Positions 41,103 through 50,927 of a stretch of 64,000 nt of DNA are shown here, piece after piece. This stretch comes from Candidatus Margulisiibacteriota bacterium (lineage in GTDB: Bacteria > Margulisbacteria > WOR-1 > O2-12-FULL-45-9). Each line of letters opens with the position of its first letter. Within the stretch, counting starts at the first letter, position 1. The notes beneath the pieces are model-generated. The model saw only the letters and a program-made list of their open reading frames with translations. It ran no database searches and had not been told where the DNA came from. The DNA lies in the NCBI GenBank assembly GCA_034723395.1, contig JAYEOW010000007.1, forward strand, positions 1 through 64,000, written 5' to 3'. Both the position numbers and the translations under genes were made by a program.

Positions 41103-41782
41103 TAGAGATTGTAAAAAAGATTCTGAAAGTCTTTGATGAAAACCATTTATGGGATAGAGGTATTGAGCTAATCGGTAGTTGGTGTTTTATTTTATATCAG
41201 AAGCATTTTGGAGTAAAACCCTTCCCTTTGAGAACAGTTGATATTGATTTTCTTATTCCTCTGCCTTATAAAGCTAAAGAGAAAATAGATTTAATCGGTT
41301 TGCTTGAACCGCTCGGTTTTAAAACCGGCTTCAATTCTGATGGTTCGATATATCTTTGGAGTGCTGATCTTAAAATAGAATTTTTGACTGCTGAAAGAGG
41401 CAGAGGCACAGATAAGGCTAAAGAAATTAAGAATCTTTCTCTAAAAGCGATTCCTTTAAGATTTGTTGATATGCTATTCAAAAATCCGGTCCTGGTTAAA
41501 GAAGAAGGCGTTAAGATCTCAATTCCAAATCCCGCGGTCTTTGCTGTACATAAAATCTTGATCTCTGATAGAAGAAAGAAGCCAGAAAAGAAGCATAAAG
41601 ATTTAGAACAAGCATTACATGTCTTAGAAGCAATAGACTTAGATGACGTCAAACATATTTATCATACGTTTCCTAAAACTTGGAGGAAATCGATCCTGGA
41701 CTCTTTGCAAAATAGCGTTCGGATATTTCCTTTAAGAAAAGAGCTTATTCAAAAAGTGCTCTCTACACTACAACATGAATAA
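41099..41782 (+). CDS. Nucleotidyltransferase-fold protein (GSU2403-like; putative toxin)
   Basis: LIGSW, RTVDIDF, IEFL, P.P..FAVHK..IS..R...K..KD..QA. Confidence 0.7.
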   Translation: MIEIVKKILKVFDENHLWDRGIELIGSWCFILYQKHFGVKPFPLRTVDIDFLIPLPYKAKEKIDLIGLLEPLGFKTGFNSDGSIYLWSADLKIEFLTAERGRGTDKAKEIKNLSLKAIPLRFVDMLFKNPVLVKEEGVKISIPNPAVFAVHKILISDRRKKPEKKHKDLEQALHVLEAIDLDDVKHIYHTFPKTWRKSILDSLQNSVRIFPLRKELIQKVLSTLQHE

Positions 41783-41826
41783 ATCTTGCCAATGTAGTGT
41801 AAGAATTCATTAAAGGAAAGGAAAAT

Positions 41827-42843
41827 ATGCTCCGCTATTTCATTAAAACTTACGGATGTCAAATGAATAAAAGTGATAGCGAGATTTACGCGTCGATCTT
41901 GAGCCAGGCTGGTTATGCTCAGGCTAAATCTGAGAAAGACGCGGATTTGATCCTGGTTAATACTTGTGCGGTTAGGCAAACCGCGGAAGACCGGGCGCTC
42001 TGGTACCTTACCTCGCAAAAAAACCGCAAGGCTAAAATAATTTTTGCCGGTTGTATCGCCGCGCTCGAAAACTTTCCCAAAGAAGACTATCCGCATGTCG
42101 ATCTCTTTATGAATCCGCGCGAGTTTGATCGATTAGCATTGTTTTTAGGGCTAAACCGATTTGAGTTCAGCCCCCTCCGGACCGAAAAGGATGTCGCCTG
42201 GGTGGCGGCGATCGAGGGATGCAATAATTTCTGCTCATATTGTATCGTCCCTTATGTTCGCGGAAGGGAGAGGAGCCGGCCACTGCCCGAAATAATAGAG
42301 GAGATCAGGAAGATCGATAAGAATAAGTATTCGGAAGTGGTTTTACTTGGCCAGAATATCAACGCCTACGCGGAGGGGCTTTCTAAGCTGCTTAAGGAAG
42401 TTTCAAAAATAGACGGGATCGAAAAGATCCGTTTCCTGACCGCCCATCCGCGCGATTTTTCGGATGATATTATCTATGCGGTAAGGGACCTGCCGAAAGT
42501 CGTCCCTGAATTCCACCTGCCGATCCAGCATGGGGATGACGAGATCCTGGAAAAGATGAACCGCGGATACACTGTTGAATATTACTTAAATTTGATCGCA
42601 AAAATTAAAAAAGAAGTTCCGGAGGCTCGCTTTTCGACCGATCTGATCGTCGGTTTTCCCGGGGAGACCGAAGAGCAATTTCAAAATTCTCTTTCGGTCA
42701 TTAAAAAAGTAAAATTTTATCATGTTAACATGGCGGCTTATTCAGAAAGGACCGGGACTAAGGCCGCGGAGATGAAAGATATGCTGCCTCAAGAAGTCAG
42801 GCAGGAGCGTTTGCAAAGGATAATTGCAGTAGTAAAAGGTTAG
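41827..42843 (+). CDS. miaB: MiaB-family radical SAM methylthiotransferase (no C-terminal TRAM domain)
   Basis: TYGCQMN, NTCAVR, GCNNFCSYCIVPYVRGRE, DLIVGFPGET. Confidence 0.88.
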   Translation: MLRYFIKTYGCQMNKSDSEIYASILSQAGYAQAKSEKDADLILVNTCAVRQTAEDRALWYLTSQKNRKAKIIFAGCIAALENFPKEDYPHVDLFMNPREFDRLALFLGLNRFEFSPLRTEKDVAWVAAIEGCNNFCSYCIVPYVRGRERSRPLPEIIEEIRKIDKNKYSEVVLLGQNINAYAEGLSKLLKEVSKIDGIEKIRFLTAHPRDFSDDIIYAVRDLPKVVPEFHLPIQHGDDEILEKMNRGYTVEYYLNLIAKIKKEVPEARFSTDLIVGFPGETEEQFQNSLSVIKKVKFYHVNMAAYSERTGTKAAEMKDMLPQEVRQERLQRIIAVVKG

Positions 42844-42893
42844 TGTTAGAATAACTTTGTCTAAAAGCCCGGTCCTTAAAGGAGAATGAATTA

Positions 42894-43838
42894 ATGGCAA
42901 ATTCTGAGTTGCGTGTTTTCTACGGTAATTCCCATCCTGAAATAGGGGAGAAGATTATTAAATATCTCAAACTTAATCCGGGCAAGATCAAGGTTTCACG
43001 TTTTGCCGGTGGAGAGATCTACACCCGACTCCTCGAAAATATCCGGGGGCAAAGCTGCGTTATCGTCCAGACCTGCACCGAGAAAGTAAACGAGGACCTG
43101 ATCGAACTTTTTATTGTTATCGACGCGATGAAGCGGGCTTCGGCCAAGACCATTACCGTCGTTATTCCTCATTTTGGCTACGCAAGGCAGGACCGGAAGG
43201 CCGCCTCGCGGGAGCCGATCTCGGCCAGGTTGATCGCCAATTTATTAGAAACTGCCGGAGCTGACCGGGTGGTTACCGTCGACCTGCACTCCGACCAGAT
43301 CCAGGGATTTTTTAATATCCCGGTCGATACCCTTACCGCGATGCCCCTTTTTGAAGACTATATAAATTTAAAAAGCCTGGATGATATTGTTGTGGTCGCG
43401 CCGGATACCGGCCGGGCTAAGGTTGCAAAAAAACTGGCCGATCGGATCGGCGCTGAACTGGCGATCTTGCATAAAGTCCGTGCCGAACACCATAAATCGG
43501 CGGTTACCCACGTGGTCGGTGACGTCAAAGGAAAAACCGTAGTTATTACTGACGATATGATCGATACCGCGGGAACGATAACTAATGGGGTGGATGCATT
43601 GCGCAAAGAGGGCTGCAATAAAGATATTTATGTGATGGCAACCCACGCGCTTTTGAACGGTCCGGCGGTCGAGCGGATGAAAAAAGCGAACTTTAAAGAG
43701 GTCGTCGTTACCAATTCGGTGCCAATCCCAAAGGAGAAGCAGTTTAAGGGATTAACGGTCCTTCCCGCTGAAGAGCTCTTGGGTGAAGCGATCCAGCGCA
43801 ACTACGGGAACAAGTCGATCTCATCCCTTTTTGACTAG
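42894..43838 (+). CDS. prs: Ribose-phosphate pyrophosphokinase
   Basis: GYARQDRK, DLHS.QIQGFF, DDMIDTAGT. Confidence 0.98.
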   Translation: MANSELRVFYGNSHPEIGEKIIKYLKLNPGKIKVSRFAGGEIYTRLLENIRGQSCVIVQTCTEKVNEDLIELFIVIDAMKRASAKTITVVIPHFGYARQDRKAASREPISARLIANLLETAGADRVVTVDLHSDQIQGFFNIPVDTLTAMPLFEDYINLKSLDDIVVVAPDTGRAKVAKKLADRIGAELAILHKVRAEHHKSAVTHVVGDVKGKTVVITDDMIDTAGTITNGVDALRKEGCNKDIYVMATHALLNGPAVERMKKANFKEVVVTNSVPIPKEKQFKGLTVLPAEELLGEAIQRNYGNKSISSLFD

Positions 43839-43839
43839 C

Positions 43840-45090
43840 ATGGTGAAAAAGATACAAATCGGCGTAATTGGTCTTGGGAATATCGGATCTTCGGTGGCGG
43901 AAGTGTTGCGGAAGAACCGGAACACAATCCTCGAAGGATCCGGAGTAGACCTTAAAATTAAAAAGGTTTGCGATTCCCGCCGAATAAAAACTTCACTCCC
44001 TTTTACCACTGACGCAAATGCGGTCATTAATGATCCCGATATTTCGGTCGTAGTTGAAACGATCGGCGGGACAAAACCGGCGCTTAAATTCATTTTAGCC
44101 GCTTTGAACAAAGGCAAACATGTTGTTACTCCAAATAAAGAGGTAATCGCAAAACATATGCCGGAGATCCTGGCGGCTGCCCGGAAAAACCGGGTCAAAG
44201 TTATGTTCGAAGGGGCGGTTGGTGGCGGGATTCCGATCATCCAGCCACTTAAAGAAAGTTTGTCAGCTAATCAAATCTCCGAAGTTTACGGGATCGTAAA
44301 CGGGACGACAAATTATATCCTTTCTAAAATGGATGAAGAAGGGATGGAGTTCTCCGAAGCCCTGAAAAAGGCGCAGGAGAAGGGTTATGCCGAACCGGAC
44401 CCTACTGCTGATATTCAAGGCTATGACGCTTTATATAAGACGGTGATCCTTGCGTCGCTCGCTTTTGGCGTTAAAGTTAGTTGCAAAGATGTTTATTGTG
44501 AAGGGATTACAAAGATATCGCAGGAAGATCTTCAATATGCGAAGGATATCGGATATTCGGTTAAATTGCTGTCGATCTCCAGAATAGTCGATGGTCGAAT
44601 TGAACTTAGGGTTCATCCTGCGCTGATTTCCAAGGATCATCCTTTGTCGGCAGTATCGGAAAACTTTAATGCGATTTGCGTAAAAGGAAAACCGATCGGA
44701 CAGGTCATGTTTTACGGTCCGGGCGCCGGTGGCGGGCCGACTGCTTCGGCGATAATCTCTGATATTATCCATATTGCGAAAAGACCAAAGACCCAAGACC
44801 GAAGGCTAAAGGCCGCAAAGATAAGAAAGATCGGTGATATCGCGAGCCGTTACTATATCCGGATGCAGGTTGCCGATAAATTCGGGGTATTGGCGATAAT
44901 CTCCAGGATATTTGCCCGGAAAAAGGTGAGTATCGATGCGGTGATCCAAAAAGAGACCACCGGGAATGTCGCCACATTGGTAGTCCTGGCGCATAAGGTC
45001 GCGGAAAAGAATATTAAAGCTGCGTTAAAATTAATCGAAAAACTCTCGGTGGTAAAGAAAGTATGCAACGTAATTCGAATAGTTTCATAA
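43840..45090 (+). CDS. hom: Homoserine dehydrogenase with ACT domain
   Basis: GLGNIG, EGAVGGGIPII, NGTTNYIL, GPGAGG.PTASA. Confidence 0.96.
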   Translation: MVKKIQIGVIGLGNIGSSVAEVLRKNRNTILEGSGVDLKIKKVCDSRRIKTSLPFTTDANAVINDPDISVVVETIGGTKPALKFILAALNKGKHVVTPNKEVIAKHMPEILAAARKNRVKVMFEGAVGGGIPIIQPLKESLSANQISEVYGIVNGTTNYILSKMDEEGMEFSEALKKAQEKGYAEPDPTADIQGYDALYKTVILASLAFGVKVSCKDVYCEGITKISQEDLQYAKDIGYSVKLLSISRIVDGRIELRVHPALISKDHPLSAVSENFNAICVKGKPIGQVMFYGPGAGGGPTASAIISDIIHIAKRPKTQDRRLKAAKIRKIGDIASRYYIRMQVADKFGVLAIISRIFARKKVSIDAVIQKETTGNVATLVVLAHKVAEKNIKAALKLIEKLSVVKKVCNVIRIVS

Positions 45091-45788
45091 TTTTTTTCCT
45101 CTTCCTTTTCCTCTTCCTTTCCCCTGCCCATGCCCAAACTGTTTTCGGCAGAAAACTAACCATTGGCGGCCAGTACGCGGGCGGGAATACCCGCCTCAAC
45201 TCGCTTCACTTCGAATATTATCTTAACCGAAACAGGAAGCTGACCGACGAACTGACCACCAAAGGGAGCCTCGACTACGAATCAAATGATGGGGTGGATA
45301 CGGTTTTCAAAGCTTATACTTTCCTTCGCTATGCCTATTCGATGGGCGATGACCTTTATCATTTCTACAAGCTGGAGATGGAGCACGATCGTTTTCAGGA
45401 TGTCGACCTGCGATTGATCCCGACGATCGGGATCGGTTATTGGTTCCGTAATGATGATACTTTCCGTTTCACGATCGAAGGGGCGATTGGTTACCAGAGG
45501 AATTATCTGCTTAACAGCGTAGCGGATGAGATGGTCGTATTAAAGCTAAGCACGTTCTTTATGCTTTGGGCATTCTCGAACGATTTTGATGTTTTTGTCG
45601 ATACGGCGGACCTTAATAATTTCCGCTTTGTAAACGAGATGACCTATAAGATTAAATTAAACACCCATTACGCTTTTAAATGGATGTTTAAGAATGAGTT
45701 TAATAACCGGCCGGCCGCGGGAATCCAGAAGAATGATCTTAGAACTACCCTTGGCCTCGAGTACGCGTTTAAGAAAACTGTCGAATAG
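45063..45788 (+). CDS. Outer-membrane beta-barrel, DUF481-like
   Basis: Signal peptide, GGNT, HDRFQ..DLR, GIGY, terminal GLEYAF. Confidence 0.75.
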   Translation: MQRNSNSFIIFFLFLFLFLSPAHAQTVFGRKLTIGGQYAGGNTRLNSLHFEYYLNRNRKLTDELTTKGSLDYESNDGVDTVFKAYTFLRYAYSMGDDLYHFYKLEMEHDRFQDVDLRLIPTIGIGYWFRNDDTFRFTIEGAIGYQRNYLLNSVADEMVVLKLSTFFMLWAFSNDFDVFVDTADLNNFRFVNEMTYKIKLNTHYAFKWMFKNEFNNRPAAGIQKNDLRTTLGLEYAFKKTVE

Positions 45789-45828
45789 AGAGTTGAAATA
45801 TTCTGTGATAAAAGCTATTATTTTCAGG

Positions 45829-47706
45829 ATGTATAGAAGATCCCTAGCGCTCTTTATCCTTATCTTGTTCAGCGCCATCGCCTTTGGTGATCTTAAGATT
45901 GCCAACGACCCTGCCACTGTTGGTATTGGCGCCCGCGCTCTGGGGATGGGCGGGGTAATGCTTAATTTTTCCGATATCTCTTCTTTAATGGGTAATCCCG
46001 CGGCATTAGCTGAAATAGACACTAGCCAATATACCATGATGGCGGGGAGATTTATCAATGATGTCGATTATTTAAGCGTTGGCGGGATAATCCCATCTCC
46101 CTGGGGTGTTGTGGGCGTTACCTATCTTAACAGCCAACTAACTTATACCGGACCAAGCGTGACTACCGAGGTTGTTGATGGGATAAGGATTCTTCCTTCG
46201 ACCACCGAAGTTTCAACCGATACATACCGTAATTCCGGTATTTACCTGTCGTTCAGTAAAGCGGCGGAAGAGTTGACCGATATCGATCTCCTGAAAAAGG
46301 TTTCACTGGGCGGTACCTTGAAGATCTTTTCGCAGCAGATCGTCGCCCCCGGAGCGAACGGGGATGCGTCGGGTTATGAGATCGATCTGGGGATGCAGTA
46401 CAAAGTAAATTCCTGGATGAAATACTCGTTGGTCGGGAAAAATGTCCTCCCGGCGGCGATGGGGGGGAAGCTTACCTGGTCAACCGGGAGAGAAGAATCC
46501 TATCCATACTATATCCGGACGGGGATCGAGATGGATTTTGGCCAGGACATAAAGATCGCAAATGTTGAGGCGAATTCTTTGTCGGTTGGAATGGAGTATG
46601 ATTATCGTCCGCAGGGGAATGCCCCGAATCTGCTGCACTATGGTTTGGAGTGGGGGATCGGGGATATTTTGGATATCAGGTTTGGGCAGGACCAGGGATA
46701 CATTGGGCAGGGTGGGACTTCGGTCTTTGATGTGGCGAACAACTTGACCTACGGGGTTGGTGTAACCTACAAGGGTTGGAGATTTGATTATGCCTTCCAC
46801 GAATACTATGATGACTCGGAAAATAATACCAGTTATTTTTCGCTTACTTATGGGATACCCTATGCCAAAAAACTAAAACCTTCGGAACGGATAAGATTCA
46901 GTCCGGGTGACAGATCGGTCGTTGATAAAGCCAGAGTAGATCTTATTGGGGTAATTATTGACAAAAATATTAAGCATGTTTTCATCAAAGATGAATATTT
47001 GGATATTGTCAAAGGTTCAGCGGTCGGAGAGCTCGAGCTGGAGCTCGGGAGGAACAGTTTTATTGTCCTGGGAATAGACGATAAGAGGAGAGAGATATTC
47101 AATCAAAAGCTCAGGATATTAAGATTGGTAGGGTTTAAAGATGTGGGGGAGGATTATTGGGCAAAGGATTCGATCGAACTGCTGGCTACTTTGGGATTGA
47201 TCAAAGGTTACCCTGGTGATCTTTTTAAACCGGGAAAAGGGATTACTCGGGCTGAATTTGCAACCTTGCTTGCCAGGATTGCCGGCCGGGATAAATATAA
47301 ACCAACGGAAAAACTGCCATTCAAGGATTTGCCTGAAAAGCATTGGTCCTACAGTTCGGTTGCTTACGCGGTCGATGCCGGTTTGATGAAAGGATATCCG
47401 GAGGGGACGTTCAAGCCGAACAAAAAGATCTCCCGCGCGGAGGGGGTAGTGGTCATTGCCCGTTTTGCCGGGTTGGACCTAAACGCGGAAATTTATGAGA
47501 TCCCTTTTAAGGATGTCCCGGGGCGCCACTGGGCGATCTACGGGATAAACGCGGCCAAGCTTGCGGGGCTATTAAGGCACCTTGAAGATAAATTTGAACC
47601 TAAGAAGGACCTTTCCAGGGCGGAAACCGCCGGGATCCTTTCGAATGTTGGCTTTATAAAAAAGAGGACCAGAGAACTTTTGGATTTTAATAAAGGATAT
47701 AAGTAA
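45829..47706 (+). CDS. PorV/FadL-like beta-barrel fused to C-terminal SLH domains
   Basis: GIGARALGMGG...NPA.L, DLG.QY, FDYAF, then SLH repeats (FKDV..WA, GYP..FKP, ITRAEF). Confidence 0.8.
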   Translation: MYRRSLALFILILFSAIAFGDLKIANDPATVGIGARALGMGGVMLNFSDISSLMGNPAALAEIDTSQYTMMAGRFINDVDYLSVGGIIPSPWGVVGVTYLNSQLTYTGPSVTTEVVDGIRILPSTTEVSTDTYRNSGIYLSFSKAAEELTDIDLLKKVSLGGTLKIFSQQIVAPGANGDASGYEIDLGMQYKVNSWMKYSLVGKNVLPAAMGGKLTWSTGREESYPYYIRTGIEMDFGQDIKIANVEANSLSVGMEYDYRPQGNAPNLLHYGLEWGIGDILDIRFGQDQGYIGQGGTSVFDVANNLTYGVGVTYKGWRFDYAFHEYYDDSENNTSYFSLTYGIPYAKKLKPSERIRFSPGDRSVVDKARVDLIGVIIDKNIKHVFIKDEYLDIVKGSAVGELELELGRNSFIVLGIDDKRREIFNQKLRILRLVGFKDVGEDYWAKDSIELLATLGLIKGYPGDLFKPGKGITRAEFATLLARIAGRDKYKPTEKLPFKDLPEKHWSYSSVAYAVDAGLMKGYPEGTFKPNKKISRAEGVVVIARFAGLDLNAEIYEIPFKDVPGRHWAIYGINAAKLAGLLRHLEDKFEPKKDLSRAETAGILSNVGFIKKRTRELLDFNKGYK

Positions 47707-47718
47707 AAGGGGGATAAA

Positions 47719-50325
47719 ATGAGAAAATTAGTATTGATATTTTTAATGGTCGGATTGATTGGAGTTTCTGGAGCTTTTGCGCAGTATAAGCCGATGCTGG
47801 CGACGAATGGGGTGGCATTGTGCCCGATCGATTTTGACGGCGGGATCTATATAAACTTGGTCGGGAGCGCGGGGAATAAATTGCTCATGATGGTCTATAA
47901 CAAAGAGATCACGGCAAAAATGATCGATAACGATGGCAACAGTTTATGGGAGGAACAGATAAGCTCAAATACAACCGATAAAAAAGAGGATCCCATGTTT
48001 GTTGAAACCAGCGATGGCAATATTATTTTTGCCTGGACAGATTATCGAAGAGGCGGTAGCTTGCCGGAAGTTGTGATGCGAAAATATGATATGAGCGGAA
48101 CGCAGCTGTCCGCTGAGATAGAAAAGACCTATGGCGCAATAGTTAAAGATATAAAAATTGCCCCGGATGATAACGGCGGGTTTTATCTGGTTTATTTTTT
48201 TGGAGGATACAATTCATTCGCGATCGACCGTTATGATGGAAATATGACCAGTGTCTGGAGCAATCTCACACCGCTTGCCCTTAATGGGAGCACCGAAGAT
48301 ACCCGCTATGAGCTTGTCTCGGGGGGGAGCGGGGTCGATAACCGCGCTTTTGTGGTTTACAGCACGAATGAAGCGACTTCTGAAGCGGTCGCCGCGCTAG
48401 CCAGTACTGTATCGGGGAATGGCAAGATGCAGTATCAAATACTCGGGAACACGGTCGAGTTTTTCGATACGCTTGAGTTGGGCGGCAAATTCTTTGTTGT
48501 TCAGAATTCATCCACCGGCAATATCGTTGTACAAAGGCTGGGAAGAACAGTAACTGGGGTTTTCTCCATTGAAGTCTCCAAAGCTCAGGTTTGCTATGCC
48601 GCAGGCAGGCAGTCGATCCCTAAGATGGTGACTGATGGCTCAAGCCTGTGTATATGCTGGCTGGATGAGAGGAACTACAGCGAAGGGCAGGGGAATGATC
48701 TGGACATCTACATCCAGAAGAGCACAAGCGACGGAGTGATGCAATGGCTGGCGGACGGACTGCCGGTAACGCACAGTGATCAGGGAGTTAAATCATATTC
48801 TCTGATCAGCGCAAATAATGAGATATTGTGCAGCCAGCAGGCGATGGTTTACGGGGATGGCAGGGTGTACCTGGCCTGGCATGATTTTAGAATGGATCCC
48901 GATGTTTCCAAAGATGATCCTTTTTCCGCCATGATCGCTACCAAAGAAGCGGATATTTACATGCAGGCTGTAAATATTTCGGATGGAAGCATGCTGAATT
49001 CTGATCTCCCGGTTTGTAGCGCGGTCAGTGCCCAGATTTTACCTTCGATCTTTGCCTCTTCACCCTTTGCGGCGTGGGTGGACCTGCGGGATTATCCTAA
49101 TTTGGTTTCGGAAGAGGCCCAGAGAGCGGATAATATCTCAACCGCCATCACCAGCATTACAACCTCTCCGGCCAGCGCGAATATGGTAATTAATGGGGTG
49201 GGCTTTGGGGTTGATCCTAATGACTATGTTTATAGCGGGGTCACTTACGGCTCGGAATATAATTATGTGAGCGTAAATGGTTCTATCGTTGGTAGCCCCA
49301 GCTGGACGCCGACGGCAATTACCTTCGATAACTATACATATAACGATTTTCTGGCGGGGCCCGATAGTGATGTTATCGTTGAGGTAATGGCTTATGGTGA
49401 CACCGATTCGATTACACTTTCAAAACCGAGCAGCATTATTATTTCCGATATTTATTTTGATGGGGACGCATATTCGACAAGCGGCCAGGTTATTAGTAAA
49501 AATGCCATTGTGACCGGAGAGATTACCAGCGTTCAGAGTATAACATCGTCGGCAATTAGCGTGGATGGGAGTGCGTCAACTTTAACTTTGACTAACGATG
49601 CTTTTTCTTATCCTCTTTCAAGCCTTTCATCAGGAGATCATGCCATAATTATCAGCGCGATCGATTCAAAGGGCGGGACGGGATCGACTACTTGTAACGT
49701 CTCGGTTTCCAGCGTAATAACGATCAGCGAGAGTTCTTTTAATGATAAGAGCTATCAAAGGAATGATTATGTAAACAGCAATACGAGTTTTAGGGGCAAA
49801 GTTACAAGCGATTATTCGATCAGCGAATTAAAGTTATCGGTCGGGACCGGCAGCGGGGCCGAGATCGATGTCCTTTCAGATTACGATAACGGATATCTCG
49901 AGATCGCAGATCTTGGCGTGCATATTAATTTGAGCGGCGATGTAATTTTTACATTGCGGGCAAAGGATAGCAACGGCAACGAAACTTCGCAGGTCTATTA
50001 TGTGTCCGTCGCGGAACAGGCGGTGGCAAAAGATGTCGTGGCAACTGATGTGTCTGCCACCCAGGATGCCCGGATCGGATTTAACTACGGCGGGCAGTCG
50101 AGCTCTTCAGGTTCCGGAATCGGAGCAGCCGCGACCGGCGAGAGCGTAAAGATACTATTATACGGACCGTCGGGGAAACCGATCATGCTGCAGCAGGCGG
50201 TAACGATCGGTTATAATGAAGTAACGTTATCCAAAGAGCTTTTTGACAGTAACGGGATCTACATCGTAAAAATCTACGATGGCAGCCGGGTGATCGGGAA
50301 AACCAGGATAGTGGTATTAAAATAG
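47719..50325 (+). CDS. Large secreted beta-rich protein with Ig-like domains and a T9SS-type-A-like C-terminal domain
   Basis: Signal peptide; W.D.R repeats; C-terminus NGIYIVKIYDGSRVIGKTRIVVLK. Confidence 0.65.
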   Translation: MRKLVLIFLMVGLIGVSGAFAQYKPMLATNGVALCPIDFDGGIYINLVGSAGNKLLMMVYNKEITAKMIDNDGNSLWEEQISSNTTDKKEDPMFVETSDGNIIFAWTDYRRGGSLPEVVMRKYDMSGTQLSAEIEKTYGAIVKDIKIAPDDNGGFYLVYFFGGYNSFAIDRYDGNMTSVWSNLTPLALNGSTEDTRYELVSGGSGVDNRAFVVYSTNEATSEAVAALASTVSGNGKMQYQILGNTVEFFDTLELGGKFFVVQNSSTGNIVVQRLGRTVTGVFSIEVSKAQVCYAAGRQSIPKMVTDGSSLCICWLDERNYSEGQGNDLDIYIQKSTSDGVMQWLADGLPVTHSDQGVKSYSLISANNEILCSQQAMVYGDGRVYLAWHDFRMDPDVSKDDPFSAMIATKEADIYMQAVNISDGSMLNSDLPVCSAVSAQILPSIFASSPFAAWVDLRDYPNLVSEEAQRADNISTAITSITTSPASANMVINGVGFGVDPNDYVYSGVTYGSEYNYVSVNGSIVGSPSWTPTAITFDNYTYNDFLAGPDSDVIVEVMAYGDTDSITLSKPSSIIISDIYFDGDAYSTSGQVISKNAIVTGEITSVQSITSSAISVDGSASTLTLTNDAFSYPLSSLSSGDHAIIISAIDSKGGTGSTTCNVSVSSVITISESSFNDKSYQRNDYVNSNTSFRGKVTSDYSISELKLSVGTGSGAEIDVLSDYDNGYLEIADLGVHINLSGDVIFTLRAKDSNGNETSQVYYVSVAEQAVAKDVVATDVSATQDARIGFNYGGQSSSSGSGIGAAATGESVKILLYGPSGKPIMLQQAVTIGYNEVTLSKELFDSNGIYIVKIYDGSRVIGKTRIVVLK

Positions 50326-50682
50326 ATCTTCTCGGGTAACCTTGCGAAGACGCTTTTTTCTGGCGCGGAGCTTTTTGCCTTGCAGCATTTTTTCCTTAGC
50401 GCGCTTAGATCGTTTCCTCTTTTGCCGGCGGATCTTTTCGATCTTTTTCTGCCGTGCGGTTTTGATTTTTAAAATTTTTTCGGTGATCTTTTCTTTTAAG
50501 ATCCTCCAGGCCAAAAAGCGGTTAAGCGCCTGTGACCTTTCGCGTGATACCTTTACTTCGATCCCGGTCGGGATATGTTTCAGGTAAACACAAGTCGAAG
50601 ATTTGTTGACCTTTTGCCCTCCCGGGCCGCCCGAGCGGATGAACTTTTCGATAACGTCTTTTTTGTTCAGAATATCGGCCAT
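50317..50682 (-). CDS. ArfB-like peptidyl-tRNA hydrolase (RF-1 GGQ domain)
   Basis: RSGGPGGQKVNK, RERSQ..NR, basic tail. Confidence 0.9.
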   Translation of the reverse strand: MADILNKKDVIEKFIRSGGPGGQKVNKSSTCVYLKHIPTGIEVKVSRERSQALNRFLAWRILKEKITEKILKIKTARQKKIEKIRRQKRKRSKRAKEKMLQGKKLRARKKRLRKVTREDLF

Positions 50683-50712
50683 ACCGCATCATTATATTGC
50701 TCCCTGCCCAAC

Positions 50713-50740
50713 TTGACAAGCGATTCGCAAATGATATACT
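50713..50740 (+). promoter_or_regulatory. Sigma70 promoter of the SLH-porin gene
   Basis: TTGACA-N16-TATACT with TG extension. Confidence 0.65.
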
Positions 50741-50927
50741 TTTAGCCAGGTTTGGGCGGCTATAAAAAAGGAGGTGAAAACATACTTAGTCAACCGCCTG
50801 AACAGGATGGGTTTTAGCGTAAGATCCGGATATTTTGACGGATTAAAGGAAACATGGATACTTTGATCCCGGAAGAATGGAAGGATTTAAACTGAGGCCT
50901 GATCCGCATAGACTAAGGAGGTACTCA

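Noticed and set aside
31021..41826. Integron cassette array or prophage
   Set aside because: No integrase, attC-like GTTRRRY/RYYYAAC structures or phage genes recognised
45794..45821. TGAAAT upstream of the PorV-like gene as a regulon motif
   Set aside because: The downstream box is GCTATTAT, which fits a sigma70 -10 better
50745..50927. Known riboswitch class upstream of the SLH porin
   Set aside because: No recognisable consensus of a named riboswitch family; kept only as an unassigned structured leader
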